DNA from: Hormiphora californensis
Lineage: Eukaryota; Animalia; Ctenophora
Direction of reading: 5' to 3'
Assembly: GCA_020137815.1 (NCBI GenBank)
Contig: CM035352.1
Location: 4,030,001 to 4,094,000 of the forward strand
Length of the DNA stretch: 64,000 nucleotides
Part shown: in pieces, positions 43,135 through 54,689 of the stretch
Layout of the letters: every line of letters begins with the position of its first letter
Position numbering within the stretch: the first letter of the stretch is position 1
Translations under genes and position numbers: made by a program
Notes under the pieces: model-generated
Told to the model about the DNA's origin: nothing
The model's input: only the letters and a program-made list of their open reading frames with translations
The model's database searches: none

Positions 43135-46100
43135 TTAGTCATAGTACTGCTTCAATCTCACATGCCACGCAATACTAGCACAACAGGCAACAGTTTTGAA
43201 TTGATGGATCACATTTCGTGGTATGAAGTAAATATCGTGTGCCCTGAGTTTGATCTTAGCAAATTTAATGTTCAGTGCCCGTAGTTGAGAGACTTTCGCA
43301 TCATCAATCCAGATATCACACTGTGTCATGGGCGGTTCGTACAGATCCAATTGAAGCTCCTCGGCAAGTTGGTAGAAGTTGGAAGCATCGAATGCTATCA
43401 CATCTTTCAGGGTGATATCCTCCGATACAGGGTGCTCCGGAAGTTCTACCGGTTGAAGGTATGCGGCTGCTGCCGTGGTAACTATCGTCTTGCCGTCCTC
43501 CCAACTATGATCAGCGTGAGGTTTAGTGCGGTCCCCAACCAGTGTCTCCCTGTTCTTCAGTAGCCGGTAGCCCTTGTGATTTCTATTTCCTGAGGTAGAC
43601 TGGAGGAACTGCTCCCCAGGGCGTACCCAGAATATAGGGCCATCATTACTGGTAGCTGGGTCCAAACCCTCGTACCAAGACAGTGGACCCCAAGGTAGGG
43701 TGGCCTCCAGAAACGGGTTGCTCTCCATAACATCAATGAGCTCTCCAAAAAGCGCTCCTGCTTCCTCACTCTTAGTGCCCACAAGGGAGAGATGTTGCAG
43801 TCCTCCCTCGTTAAAGTAACCCTTACCAGCACTAGCTAGCACTTTCTCGTACCACTGTGACAGGTTACATGTCACTACATCCTTCCTCCCAAGCACCTCG
43901 TGTTTTACTTTTATCCGAGGTGTGTTCTCCAGCATGTAAGACAGGACATTTGGCATCTCTCTCGCACCATTACTGATAACCCCCATTACATGATCAGCAA
44001 CTCCGTCCGTCTCCCCGAACGTGATCTCAAAGAAGTAGTCGACAACCAAATTTTGTTGCGTTAGAGACATCTTTTCAAAATCTGCCATGTCCAGTCGGAC
44101 CACAGTTGCAGAGCCATCAGGACATGGTTCTATCTTGAGGAAATTCTTGGGGTCCACCAGGAGAGAGGATGGGGGAGTTGGGATGGCTTGGGTCTTAACC
44201 ACTACCTTAGGTTCCTTTTTCGGCTCTGTTTTCTGTCTCTGTCGCTCCTTTTCCTTTCGCTTCACCTTCATCGGTACGTCATCTTCTTCATCGTTATCGG
44301 GCATGTTTAACGTTTTCAGCATTTTAACCGGACTCATGACTATTGGGGCTGCTACGGGCGAGGGGGGAGGTGGTGATTTAATTGGACTCCTCAGGGGACT
44401 CTTAAGAGGAGTAGTCGCTCTAACCGGTGACTTTAAACCCGGACTTTTTAGAGAGGAAGAGTTAGTTTTCTTCACAAGCACCTTCTTTTTCTCGCACGTT
44501 TTAGCTGGGGTAACTGCTGCTGCTGCTGAGAAGGCAGGTTCTGTTTTTACACGGACCACACCAGGTTTCTTGGCATCCTGATCTTTACCACTTAGCAGGT
44601 GATCCTTTAGAACCTTCTTACCCCTGGAATCCTGTTCCGAACTCTTCCGTTTTCTCCTGCTCTCCACGGGTTCTGTGTGCTCACTAAATTTAAACACAGA
44701 GAGATCTTTGTGGAATACTGAGGTCAAGTTAACAGGATTTCCACCTCCTCCTCCTGATGTGGCTCCTCCTCCCCCGGAACTGTTAACAGTGGGTGCTGCG
44801 GGGTGGTGATGGTGATGGTGATGTTTCTCTATCTTCACAACATTCACCTTGTGCCCGTTCAGGAAATGTTTCCCTCCGCTAGAGTGTAAGGGAATGGGAC
44901 TAGCGCTAATACTGTGTATCACTTTGGTCTTGTCCCCGTGGACCGGTAGGGGTGGTTGGTTAGGGTAAGGCTGGGGTCGCTTAACCACTTTCCTAACCAC
45001 TTCCTTAGGAGGTGACCTAACAGGAGGAGGCGGTTCGGGGATCTCAACCTCTTTCTCCTTAGCAATCCTCTCGCTCTCAACCATCGTGTTAACCTCCTGT
45101 GAGATGGCCTGTTTGAAGAAGGATAACTTGCCCCGGTGTAGTTTGGAAGGTTCGGACTCTTGTTGCTGCTTCACATCATCCTCAGGGAGGGCCATCCTCA
45201 AGGCGAGGGGAGGTGGGGTTGTCAGCTCTGGGGTGGTGGCAGCAGGTGGGGTCGGTTCAGGTCTCTCGGGGGCCTCCTCCATCTCCTGTTTCAGCTCTGG
45301 GTAAGAGGGCTGGTGTTCCGGAGAGTGGAAAGCGAAACAATCCACTGGCTCTGTCTTTTCCGGGGAGGTGTGGCCGTTTGAGACAAACCGGAACGGGTCT
45401 GAGGGATCGTGGTCTGGGTGATCGGAGCTACTGGACTTGGGTCGCATCTCCTGTTTTGACAACTGAAAGGAGGAAACAGGGTGTTAGGGATGATGTAGTT
45501 CTCGAATGAAATACAAATTTGGCCAAGAAGGAAAATAAGAAATAACACCCAAAATGTGTTTCTTGGCCTGGGATTGGCCCTGGGGCGATTGCCAGCGCTG
45601 TGATGTGTTATTTACCTGTCGTTGATAAAGAAGTTGAGCGGTGGTAGGTCTCCCCCCAGAGTTACGGTACCCAGGATACTTTCCTTCCTTCATCAGGTTC
45701 AGGCCCTCTCTAGAACACCTGATGGGGAGCAGGGATTATATATTGTATTAGCACTCCATGTGTATATGATATCATTGTTATTTGACATGTGTCCCCCTGT
45801 CCACTAGACACCCTAATTTAGAGTGGGGATTACTTCCATCTGTGTGTCACACATGTCTGCATATATGCATACACATATATGCATACATATATGCATACAT
45901 ATATGCATACATATATATGCATACACATATATGTGTGTGTGTCACGACATGTCTGTATCAGGAACCGAAACAAGTAAAGTGTAAACAACCAATCAGAACT
46001 CATTATTTAGGTCACGTGACTGGTTATCAGCCAATCAGGGACCAGTATTTCCTGATTCAGTCGGTTCCTGGTCTGTATGTTACACTTACCCAGCATTGAA

Positions 46101-46297
46101 ATATCGGTATCCCTCAATAGTCGGAGGAGAGTATAACTTCTTCACCTCTGCGGTTAGCATGTGGGGACTCTTCAATTTGATCAACTTCTCGGGACTATCA
46201 TTGAAGCTGAAAACTGTGTGTGCTTTCTTGTTCGTCAGCTTACATGACACGTGTGGAGCCGGGGTCTTGTGCGGCCGGTCCGGCTTACTCAATAGAC
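43135..46297 (-). CDS. RSBN1: RSBN1/RSBN1L-like putative lysine demethylase (5' end uncertain)
   Basis: Exons ~46297-46090, 45717-45615, 45462-43135; conserved C-terminus SLVGTKSEEAG, PWGPLS, SNDGPIFWVRPGEQ, DRTKPHADH, QLDLYEPP, DIYFIPRNVIHQFKT, SIAWHVRLK. Confidence 0.88.
45959..46070 (+). mobile_element. hAT MITE, copy 3
   Basis: CAGGAACCG...CGGTTCCTG; 8-bp TSD GTCTGTAT. Confidence 0.88.
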
Positions 46298-47496
46298 TGG
46301 AAGGGGAGAGAGGGGTTAGATTCACTTGATGATTATATCATGTTAATTGTTATCATAATATCATGTTATTATTATTATATTAGGTAAATTACAAATTACA
46401 TAGAATGTTATGATGATGTGTGTGCGTTGTTCACGAACCTGTACCTATTAATAGTAAATTTGCAGGCCTCTTTGTAGGATTTCTTAGCTAGCTTGCTAGT
46501 TAACCTCCTTACTTCAGCCGTACACTCATCCGCTTCCATTGCTGTGCTCTTCCATTGCTACACAGGAGGAGAAGGGTTCTTTAGAGAAGGGTGTGATCAC
46601 TGTGAGCCGTGAGTGGGAGAAGGGGTTTAGAGAAGGGGCGTAAGGAAGAGAAGGGTACGGTAAAATAGGGGGATCAATTGTTGACATTTTCATGGGTGTA
46701 TGAATATTATGCATGGTGTCAGGTGGGTTAGGTAGTTGTGGTCTGTAAAAGGACTTGTTTTGGATAAACTGGTGATATTCTAGATCCCGCGTTGCTAGGG
46801 AGTATTATAAAGAGAGAGAGAGAGAGAGAGAGAGAGTCTTTAGTGAGCCAGGTGTTCAGTCATTCATACACCCCCCACACTCTCTCCTCTTCTTTTTGGG
46901 TGACAGATGGGCAATTCAAGACGCATATTATATATTGTCGAGATGAGAAGAGCAGGGGGTAGAGAGGGGAATAAAATGAACAAAAGGGGACGGCAATATG
47001 AGGTAGAGAATGGAATGAAATTAGTCAAGAGAGAGATCTGGGAACTGTCAACTCTCAAAGGTACCTCACACTGAACAGAAAGGTAGTGGTGTACTAGACA
47101 CGCTCTCTGTGTGTACCGGTGTGTACTACAAAGAGAGAACACACACAATATATGTTACTATTGGCTAAGGTCCAATTTCCAGATGTGTATCCTACCTCTA
47201 ATCCTTCTGTGTATGACTTCCCAAATAATCTCCCTCTCTCTCTCTGATCCCTCTACCTCTCTCTGATCCCTCTCTCTATATTATATGGCCTGGTTTAGGT
47301 AATTACGTGACTGGGAGCCATGAATAAGGGAGTGTGTAGTATTGCCAAATCAGAGGGGATAGCTAAGGTATGGGCAGTGAAAATAAAATTCGGTTAGGGA
47401 TCGATCAATCATAAAATTATACAAAACCAAAAAAAGAAAACAATAAATCACTTTTACAGAAACACAGAAACATAAAAACATATACCCCTCCCAATC

Positions 47497-50391
47497 TTAA
47501 AGCCACTCAGCTTTCAGTCTCTCAAACTCGCTCTCGTCCTCCGTCAAGAATGGTTTGTCAATCATCTGGATGATAATCTCACCACACAAAATACACTCAC
47601 TAGCGACAATCTCATCAAGTTGCGACTTGGCAGATTTATACTGATCAGTCCGAACTCGATCCTCATCCCGTAGGTTGGCCATTAGATTCTCCAGACGCTG
47701 TACCTCCCGGGCCTTGTGTGCACTAAGGTGTGGTATCACCTCCCTCACCAGACACTTGGTGTGGAACATGTGGGTACAGGGGAACACGTAGAATGATCTG
47801 ACGAGCAGGGAGCCATCACACAGCACACACGTCTTACTACTCTCTATCATACAGGTCTTCCGACGGAGGTTCGCTATATCATTATGTATCCTCTCGGCAC
47901 TCTCCGTCGCGTCTCTCATATCCTCGCTTAGTCTGTTGATATCGCTGTTGTACAGCTCCAGGGAGTTACAGATGGCCTCCTTGAAGTCATCTATGTAGAA
48001 GAAATCCTTGAAGAAGGGTAGGATATCCTCAATCTTCAGAACTTGATCTTGCCTGTTCACAAACTCCATCACATGTTTTATATCCTCCTTCGTATCAACC
48101 ACATGTCTTGCTATCAGCAACCACAACTTCTTAACCACCTCCTCCGAACCACCCTCTGCTGACTCTGCTATCCCCTCAGCTTCCTTGACATCCCCGAGTT
48201 TGGTGAGCGCAAGATGGACCGCCTCCTCGTAGAGCCCCATCCTACGGTAGATGTAGCAGCATGCCCTCCACTTACCCTGCTCTGTACACAGTCTCAATGC
48301 GTAGGAGGTGTCGATATTGATATCGTTCTTTAGTAAAAAGTCCATCAGGAGGGTCTCATCACTATGCTGTACAAATAATGACAACAGAAAGTTGTGGATG
48401 GCCTGGTCTTTACACTTGGTTTTAAAGACAACGAACTGTAAGTATCGGAGAGCCTGGTTCCGCTGGTCCGTGCCCCGGCATTGGATAAACGATGGGAGAA
48501 GCTTGAGAGGCTCCAATCCCGTTCCAAATTGTTCCAAAACATCCACAGTATCTCGCGGGATGTATTGCATCAGAACGGGAGTGTACTTGTAGAACAGCTC
48601 CTTACACCTTCTCTTTCTCAGGGTGTTCAGAGCAGCTCTGTAGTTCTGGTCATGTATGTGGTGACATATCACAGTCTCGAAATCCTCCATTAACTCCGCA
48701 AAGAAGATGAGATCCCGAACATTTCCATACGTTGACATCATGTCTTGTATCATTTTCACCACTGGCTGGTGCTTCTTCACCCCTCTCACCACTTGTTCCC
48801 TCGACAAGAAGTTCCGGAGATCAGCACGTCGGGCGTTCAGGGTATCTTCCTCACTCTCGCTCAGCTCCATTTCATGTTTCTCAAGTTGGGATATACTCGC
48901 CAAGAAGATCTCAACCAGCCACACAACCAACATACAGACCTGCGTGGGGGAGTTACCGGATCGCAGTGACTCTAATTTGGCGTCCAGGTATCCGATTAGA
49001 GCCTCGGAATCACCTGTAGCAATGAAACGTAGTGCTATCTCTTCAAAGGACCGCTGTGATAGTGCGTACGTTTCAGCCGCTTCCTTGAACATTCCCTGCT
49101 CAAAGTAGAAGTCAGCCTCCTCGCTGGTTATCTCAGAAAGTTTATCTGGATCTCCCCCGGCGTACAGCTCCGCCTGGTCGAACTGCCTCTGTTCCATGTA
49201 CAATCGCCATGCAAAGCGGTCTTCCTTCGAAATGCGAAACCGTAGCACGCCAGTCTTGCAGAAACAGTAAAACTTGTTAGGATTCATGAGGTCAATTGCT
49301 ATCGTGCTGTAGGGAACTTCAGAGGACCTTCCGAGTGTTTCATAATGGACATGCTTCCAGTTGATCAGACTACGAGCTTCAAATCCATTCTCATAAAGAA
49401 GTAGAAGGTGAAAGGCGGTGGAAGCGATAGCAACAGGGCCACCATATTGGGAGAACTGTGCTAACTGTGGCTCTTTGAGAACATCACAATCATCAAAGTT
49501 TCGACTCGAGAGCGATATTTTATAGTACTGCACCCCCACTCCCGTCATCCAAACTAGCGCGGCGGGTTGCGGGTACTTACTGTAAGAGACATGGAACAAT
49601 CCAGTAGCCTCTATATTAGATTTAATCTCAGGATAACTATCGACAAAGATGGACCTGAACTTAGTTCCCTCTGTTGGTTTCCCCAATTGCCCAAAGTATT
49701 GGTAAATCTGGGTCGGAGTGGCGACTAACACCACTGTCCTCTTGCTAGCGTCAAGGTCCTCGTGGAAGAAAACCAGACCTGTGACAGACTCCGGTTTCTC
49801 AAGGGAACACACAATTTTAGAGTAAGCCACCGCCTGTTTGTCACTCGACGGGTTTAGCTTTGTTTCAATGATAGAACCTACGGAATTACCAAGAAGGATC
49901 TCCTTCGTTCCAATCTCATTTTGTCCGGTCGTGTTCCACGCCACGCTATCAACAACCCCACACTTGATCTGTTTCGAGACATTAACGAGAGTGGCTTTAC
50001 CAGTAAACCCATAGAACATCTCACCGCTCTCCATGGACACCAAGAGATGTTTTCCAGTGGGGTCCAGGAACATCTCGTGGATCTTGTCTCCCACGGGACG
50101 CTGGATTGTTAGCACGTCATCCAACTCCGGTAGACCCACATAGTACCGCTTTATCTGGTTGCTTAGTAACCCAATCACTAGGACGTTGTTTGCAGTGACT
50201 AGTTTTTGGAAGGACGATTTCTCCCGGAAAATGGGTGTTTCCTTTTGGAAGATTGGTTTTGTGTTCTCTTCAGTAGGATTCATCATTGAGGTAAGAGACG
50301 GTTTGCTGCTGTGCTGGCGGGTAGTAGTGGTTCGAGAGAATCGCTCGGTAGAGCGCTCCTCAGCCTGATACTCGCTCCATAGTCCAGACAT
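47497..50391 (-). CDS. VPS18: Vacuolar protein sorting 18 (HOPS/CORVET), intronless
   Basis: 964 aa; FLDPTGKHLL, SFEEIALRF, LKIEDILPFF, C-terminal RING FYVFPCTHMFH..ECILCGE. Confidence 0.95.
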   Translation of the reverse strand: MSGLWSEYQAEERSTERFSRTTTTRQHSSKPSLTSMMNPTEENTKPIFQKETPIFREKSSFQKLVTANNVLVIGLLSNQIKRYYVGLPELDDVLTIQRPVGDKIHEMFLDPTGKHLLVSMESGEMFYGFTGKATLVNVSKQIKCGVVDSVAWNTTGQNEIGTKEILLGNSVGSIIETKLNPSSDKQAVAYSKIVCSLEKPESVTGLVFFHEDLDASKRTVVLVATPTQIYQYFGQLGKPTEGTKFRSIFVDSYPEIKSNIEATGLFHVSYSKYPQPAALVWMTGVGVQYYKISLSSRNFDDCDVLKEPQLAQFSQYGGPVAIASTAFHLLLLYENGFEARSLINWKHVHYETLGRSSEVPYSTIAIDLMNPNKFYCFCKTGVLRFRISKEDRFAWRLYMEQRQFDQAELYAGGDPDKLSEITSEEADFYFEQGMFKEAAETYALSQRSFEEIALRFIATGDSEALIGYLDAKLESLRSGNSPTQVCMLVVWLVEIFLASISQLEKHEMELSESEEDTLNARRADLRNFLSREQVVRGVKKHQPVVKMIQDMMSTYGNVRDLIFFAELMEDFETVICHHIHDQNYRAALNTLRKRRCKELFYKYTPVLMQYIPRDTVDVLEQFGTGLEPLKLLPSFIQCRGTDQRNQALRYLQFVVFKTKCKDQAIHNFLLSLFVQHSDETLLMDFLLKNDINIDTSYALRLCTEQGKWRACCYIYRRMGLYEEAVHLALTKLGDVKEAEGIAESAEGGSEEVVKKLWLLIARHVVDTKEDIKHVMEFVNRQDQVLKIEDILPFFKDFFYIDDFKEAICNSLELYNSDINRLSEDMRDATESAERIHNDIANLRRKTCMIESSKTCVLCDGSLLVRSFYVFPCTHMFHTKCLVREVIPHLSAHKAREVQRLENLMANLRDEDRVRTDQYKSAKSQLDEIVASECILCGEIIIQMIDKPFLTEDESEFERLKAEWL

Positions 50392-50604
50392 CTAGATAGT
50401 GGGCGAGGTTAGTTATATTACGGGGAGGGAAGGAGAGATAAGAAGAAAACAAGGCTGATCGTGCAGTAAAACACTAAGAGATTTTAACAAATCACAAATT
50501 AAAGATGGGTATCTTTCAAAAGTCAAAACACAACGGGGGTAAAAGAATAGAAAGTACAAAATTAAAAGAACGCACGTTACAAAATCACACATTATTATTA
50601 AAGA

Positions 50605-53600
50605 TCATGACATTACCCGAGGACTAGAAACTGACCCAAACGAGGGGGACTTAGCGACGGTAGAGTTAGCATTGTCATAGTATGTGCCAGCAGATCCCTT
50701 CACCGCCACATCAAATATTTTGTGAATGAACCGTCGTGTTGGTTGCCTGAACCTGAACTTTGACATGATCTGATGGACACTGATATAGTTGTTGAAGTCA
50801 GCAAATATTGCCTTGTTATTCTTCAACATTCCCTCTAATTCTGCAACGTGAGCATTAGCCCGAAGAGTACACGATAGACAGGAGACCAACTCTAACATCT
50901 TTTCTACCTCAGGATCCTCTGAGCTACTGCCCGCCATATCAGGGAAAGGAGGCCGCTTGAACTGGACATCGACGGAGAAGAATTTGAGGACATCATCCGG
51001 GATACATAACCCGAGTTTCTCACCAGCCAAAGTGTCCTTACAGTCAAATTGTGATGCGTTAACTGACTGAAGGAGGAGGTTCAACTGCCCCTCCCCCAGA
51101 CTCAGATTCTTAGCGTGGGATTTATGTCGAGGAGGCTGGAGGGTAGAACTCCGCTGTCTATTACCAGTCACAAGTTCAGAGGTCAACCGGGGTATCTTTT
51201 TAGCAGAGCAAATACTGAAATTATGCATGAATTCCTTTCTGCTGGCTATGAAGTTTAACTGTTCCACAGCCACGCACCCACTCTCAGTTTTGCAGATAAG
51301 GTTCAGTACGTACAGGCAAGTCCCCCTGACTCCCAAGTTACCTGCACTCACAGATAGTTTGTGTATTCGGCGCACAAAGTCAAACTGACTGAGCTTTGCA
51401 AACCCGTACGAAGAGGAAGCGATGTGTCCAATGGCCCATGCTGCAGCTTTTACTAATGTCTCGTCTTGCTCGTCCAGCATTTTATCCAAAGATTTGAAGA
51501 CTTTTTCTCTCGATAACCGCTCGATCCCACAATCTGTGTGTGCCATCTCACCATACAGATGGACAGGGGTAAAGCAATATTTATTCCAGGAGGTCTTCGT
51601 CACCCTGAATGTCGCCTCTCCCCTCTTATAACCAGTTAGACCCTCTAAAATTACCATCTCCACCTCCCTCACATACTCAACACACCTAAATGTCTTCCAC
51701 CGCTCCATCTCTGAATCAAGGAAGCCCAATTTAGATAGGTATTCATACCCACGAGGGAAGGACAGGTATCTCATTACGAGCTGGTATCCCTTGTCTCCGA
51801 GGTGCAAGAGGGCAGGGAAGATATCAAAAAGACTCTCCAGACACTCCTGGTCCTGGCACGCCTCAGTGAGGACAGAGAGGGCCTCCTCCGCAATCTCCTC
51901 CCCTCCCGCACTACTGTATGCGTACAACTGACTAACGAGCATGGGCAGTACAAACTTGTCAAAGTTCTGGTGGCCAGTCCTCATGAGTACTCGGAGGAAC
52001 CTGACGGCAAATATCCGGATATCCACAGATCCACGGTGGAGAATGGTACTGAAGATCACATCCGCAATGATCTCATTACCATATGTCAGGGAGACAAGAA
52101 CACACTTCATGAGCAGGGCCTTGTCGGTTGATTTCTCAAATAGGTTCAGGTAAATCTCGAATATGTTGGATTGCTTCAAATTCTTGTTCCCTTCAACACC
52201 CGAGCAAAGTGTACCGATCAGGAAAAAGTAATCACTGACCAACTTCTCTCGTAGGGAAACAGGCTTGAAGATACCCTCCCCATGTTGTGACTTCTTCAAC
52301 TCATTCGACATGTTCTTTAGAAAGGCAGGAAATAACCCCTTCAGCTCATCTATCTCTGAGCTGCCAATCTCTAGGAGCAGGTTGATGAGCGACACCCCAA
52401 CAGCTGTATACTTACTGCTTGCAGTTGTGTCTGTGTTATCCTAGCATTCACCAAAATCATATTCTGCGAAAAGGCTTCCATGACTCGTCTAAGGAAACGG
52501 ACACACATCTCATCACGGGTATGGGTCCGGAGGAAAGCGAGCTCCAACACAGATGCGATTCCCTTCCAGTCCCAATGAAAGACATCATCCTGTCTCAAAG
52601 ACCCTGGTATTTTCAATAAACTTGATGTGTTGTCTCTCCTCCTGGTCATCGTAATCCCTGTCCCTGTTGTAGGGACGCTTAAACTTGAGGACTCTATCCT
52701 TGATTAGCCTCAACTGGAAACTTAGTCTGCTAGTCGGTTGCTGTCGGTGTTGGAGGAGCTTTGCAATGCACTGGGAACTCTCAACTCCATATCCTTTATG
52801 GGCCGCTACCTGCAGAGACCAACATGGGCTGGATGTGTGCTATGTGTTGCCGAGACAACGAGAACTTATTAATCATTTGGAGAATCTCACCCACTAGAAT
52901 AGACGCTAGAATCGCTTCCTCGTGATCACCATTTATAGCCACGTGGGTGAAGGCATCTAGCTTTGGGTCGATAGCCAGGATTAGGGTCAGCAGATGGGCC
53001 TGGTAGATATCCAGAATGTTGGGTCTCTCCATGTGATGTGGTGCTAGTAACTCTTCCGCCTCTCCAACGACCCAGTCCTCTTTTATACTCCACTCAGAGT
53101 GACCCTGCCACTCTGTGACAGAAGAGAGGGCCTTTTCGAAGGACTCTAGATCAGTGGGGATGTGAAGGTGAAGTAGATGGTAAAAACACTCAACAACAGC
53201 TCGTTGGATCTTGTTGAACGGTCGCCAGAGAGATCCCGTCATCTCCCGGATGATCACCTCAGCAGTGTAAAGGCCTGGCCAAGTCCTGCAGATAGAAAGG
53301 ATGGCATTGACGCATGCCTTCAACCATATCACCCTCTCCTCTGTGTAATCATTGTCCTTCTTGCTCTCTCCCTTCACTCTCTCCTTCTCAAACAGGACAA
53401 CATGGGGTTCAGAGAGGGAGGATACGAGGAAACCAATGTCGTGTCGCAGGTGGAAGTAGTCCCGGGATTGGAGGCTGTTAAACAGGAACATAAACACCTG
53501 ACAGAGGGCTTCTGTTTCTGGGTGTTCTCCACCCATAGGCTATAGCTTCCAACAACCCTTTCATTCCCCCACATTGGATGAACGATTCCTGGTGTCGCAA

Positions 53601-54074
53601 CGCATAACACGATACGATAGCCGTGGAACACTTCTTAAAGTTTTCCTTTTGGGTAGTTCTAATCAGGGATAAAAGACAGGAAAGCAATGATCGAGGGAGT
53701 GTTCCATGGGTTTGAAGATTGGTAATAAACTTAAGAGCCTCCACGCCCTCTAGAGCATCAGTCCCATCCTTACCCCCTCCTGTATCTATGGCCCTGACTA
53801 GAAAGAGGTCAATGTGCAGTCTCTCTACCACTTCTACTGTTAGTTTGGGGATACAAAGCGACAAACACCGGAAGGTGTTGGCACGTATCTTGGGTATTGG
53901 CGAGAAACATTGAGCAGCAAACCGTTCAAATATGTGGTCGTATGGCTCAGGTCCGAGAACACTTAGACCTCGTTCCCGGAGAAGTTTGACGAACTCCGTC
54001 TGCACTGCAGAGATGGTTGAGTTAGGAGCGGATGGGTCCGATAATTGTTCCAATAGAGCAGTAACAGTTTCCAT
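50605..54074 (-). CDS. RICTOR: Rapamycin-insensitive companion of mTOR, apparently intronless, with about four frameshifts
   Basis: Successive ORFs 54074-53478, 53536-52796, ~52650, 52395-50605 with RICTOR-like motifs (CRTWPGL, WDW, PVHLYGEM, KAAAWAIGHI, RGTCLYVLNLI, FRFRQPTRRFI). Confidence 0.85.
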
Positions 54075-54689
54075 CTAAAAAAGAAATTATGGGGATTTAG
54101 TATATTCCATTGGATTGGTTTGCGAAATAGTAAATTTCTCTGTATTGACCACTCCGTACAATAGGTAAGGGACAAGATACGGGATAGGGCAAAAAAGGGG
54201 AATTTTGGGATAGACATAAACCAAGAAAAATATTCAAAGTATAAATTTGTATAGCAATAAATAATCATAAGTTAATATTAAAAATCAAATCACACATCAC
54301 AGGGGGAAGATAAATAATGGGTAGTTAATAGTTTTGCCACCCCTTGTTAGTTGTTGTAACCCTCCATTGCATTACCGGGGTGCAGTGAAACAAGACAAAT
54401 TACCCCCAGAATCCCCTCAGATTTCCTGATGAGCTCTGCTGCCCTGTTATAGGAACTGTATACTGCACCATTGATAAACTCTTCCATAGAACCAGCGGAT
54501 ACCCCATAACGTCCGCCGCATACACCGCCTTATGGACCACATCCCCTAGACGCCAGATGTGAAAAAGTCATGAGCCTTCAACTCCAGAAAACTCCTTCCC
54601 TTGACAACCTCTTCCTACCGTAGATGCTTAAACCGTGCCCATGGCACCTGCCACGAGCGACTGTATCCGACATCACAATTGATTTATGT

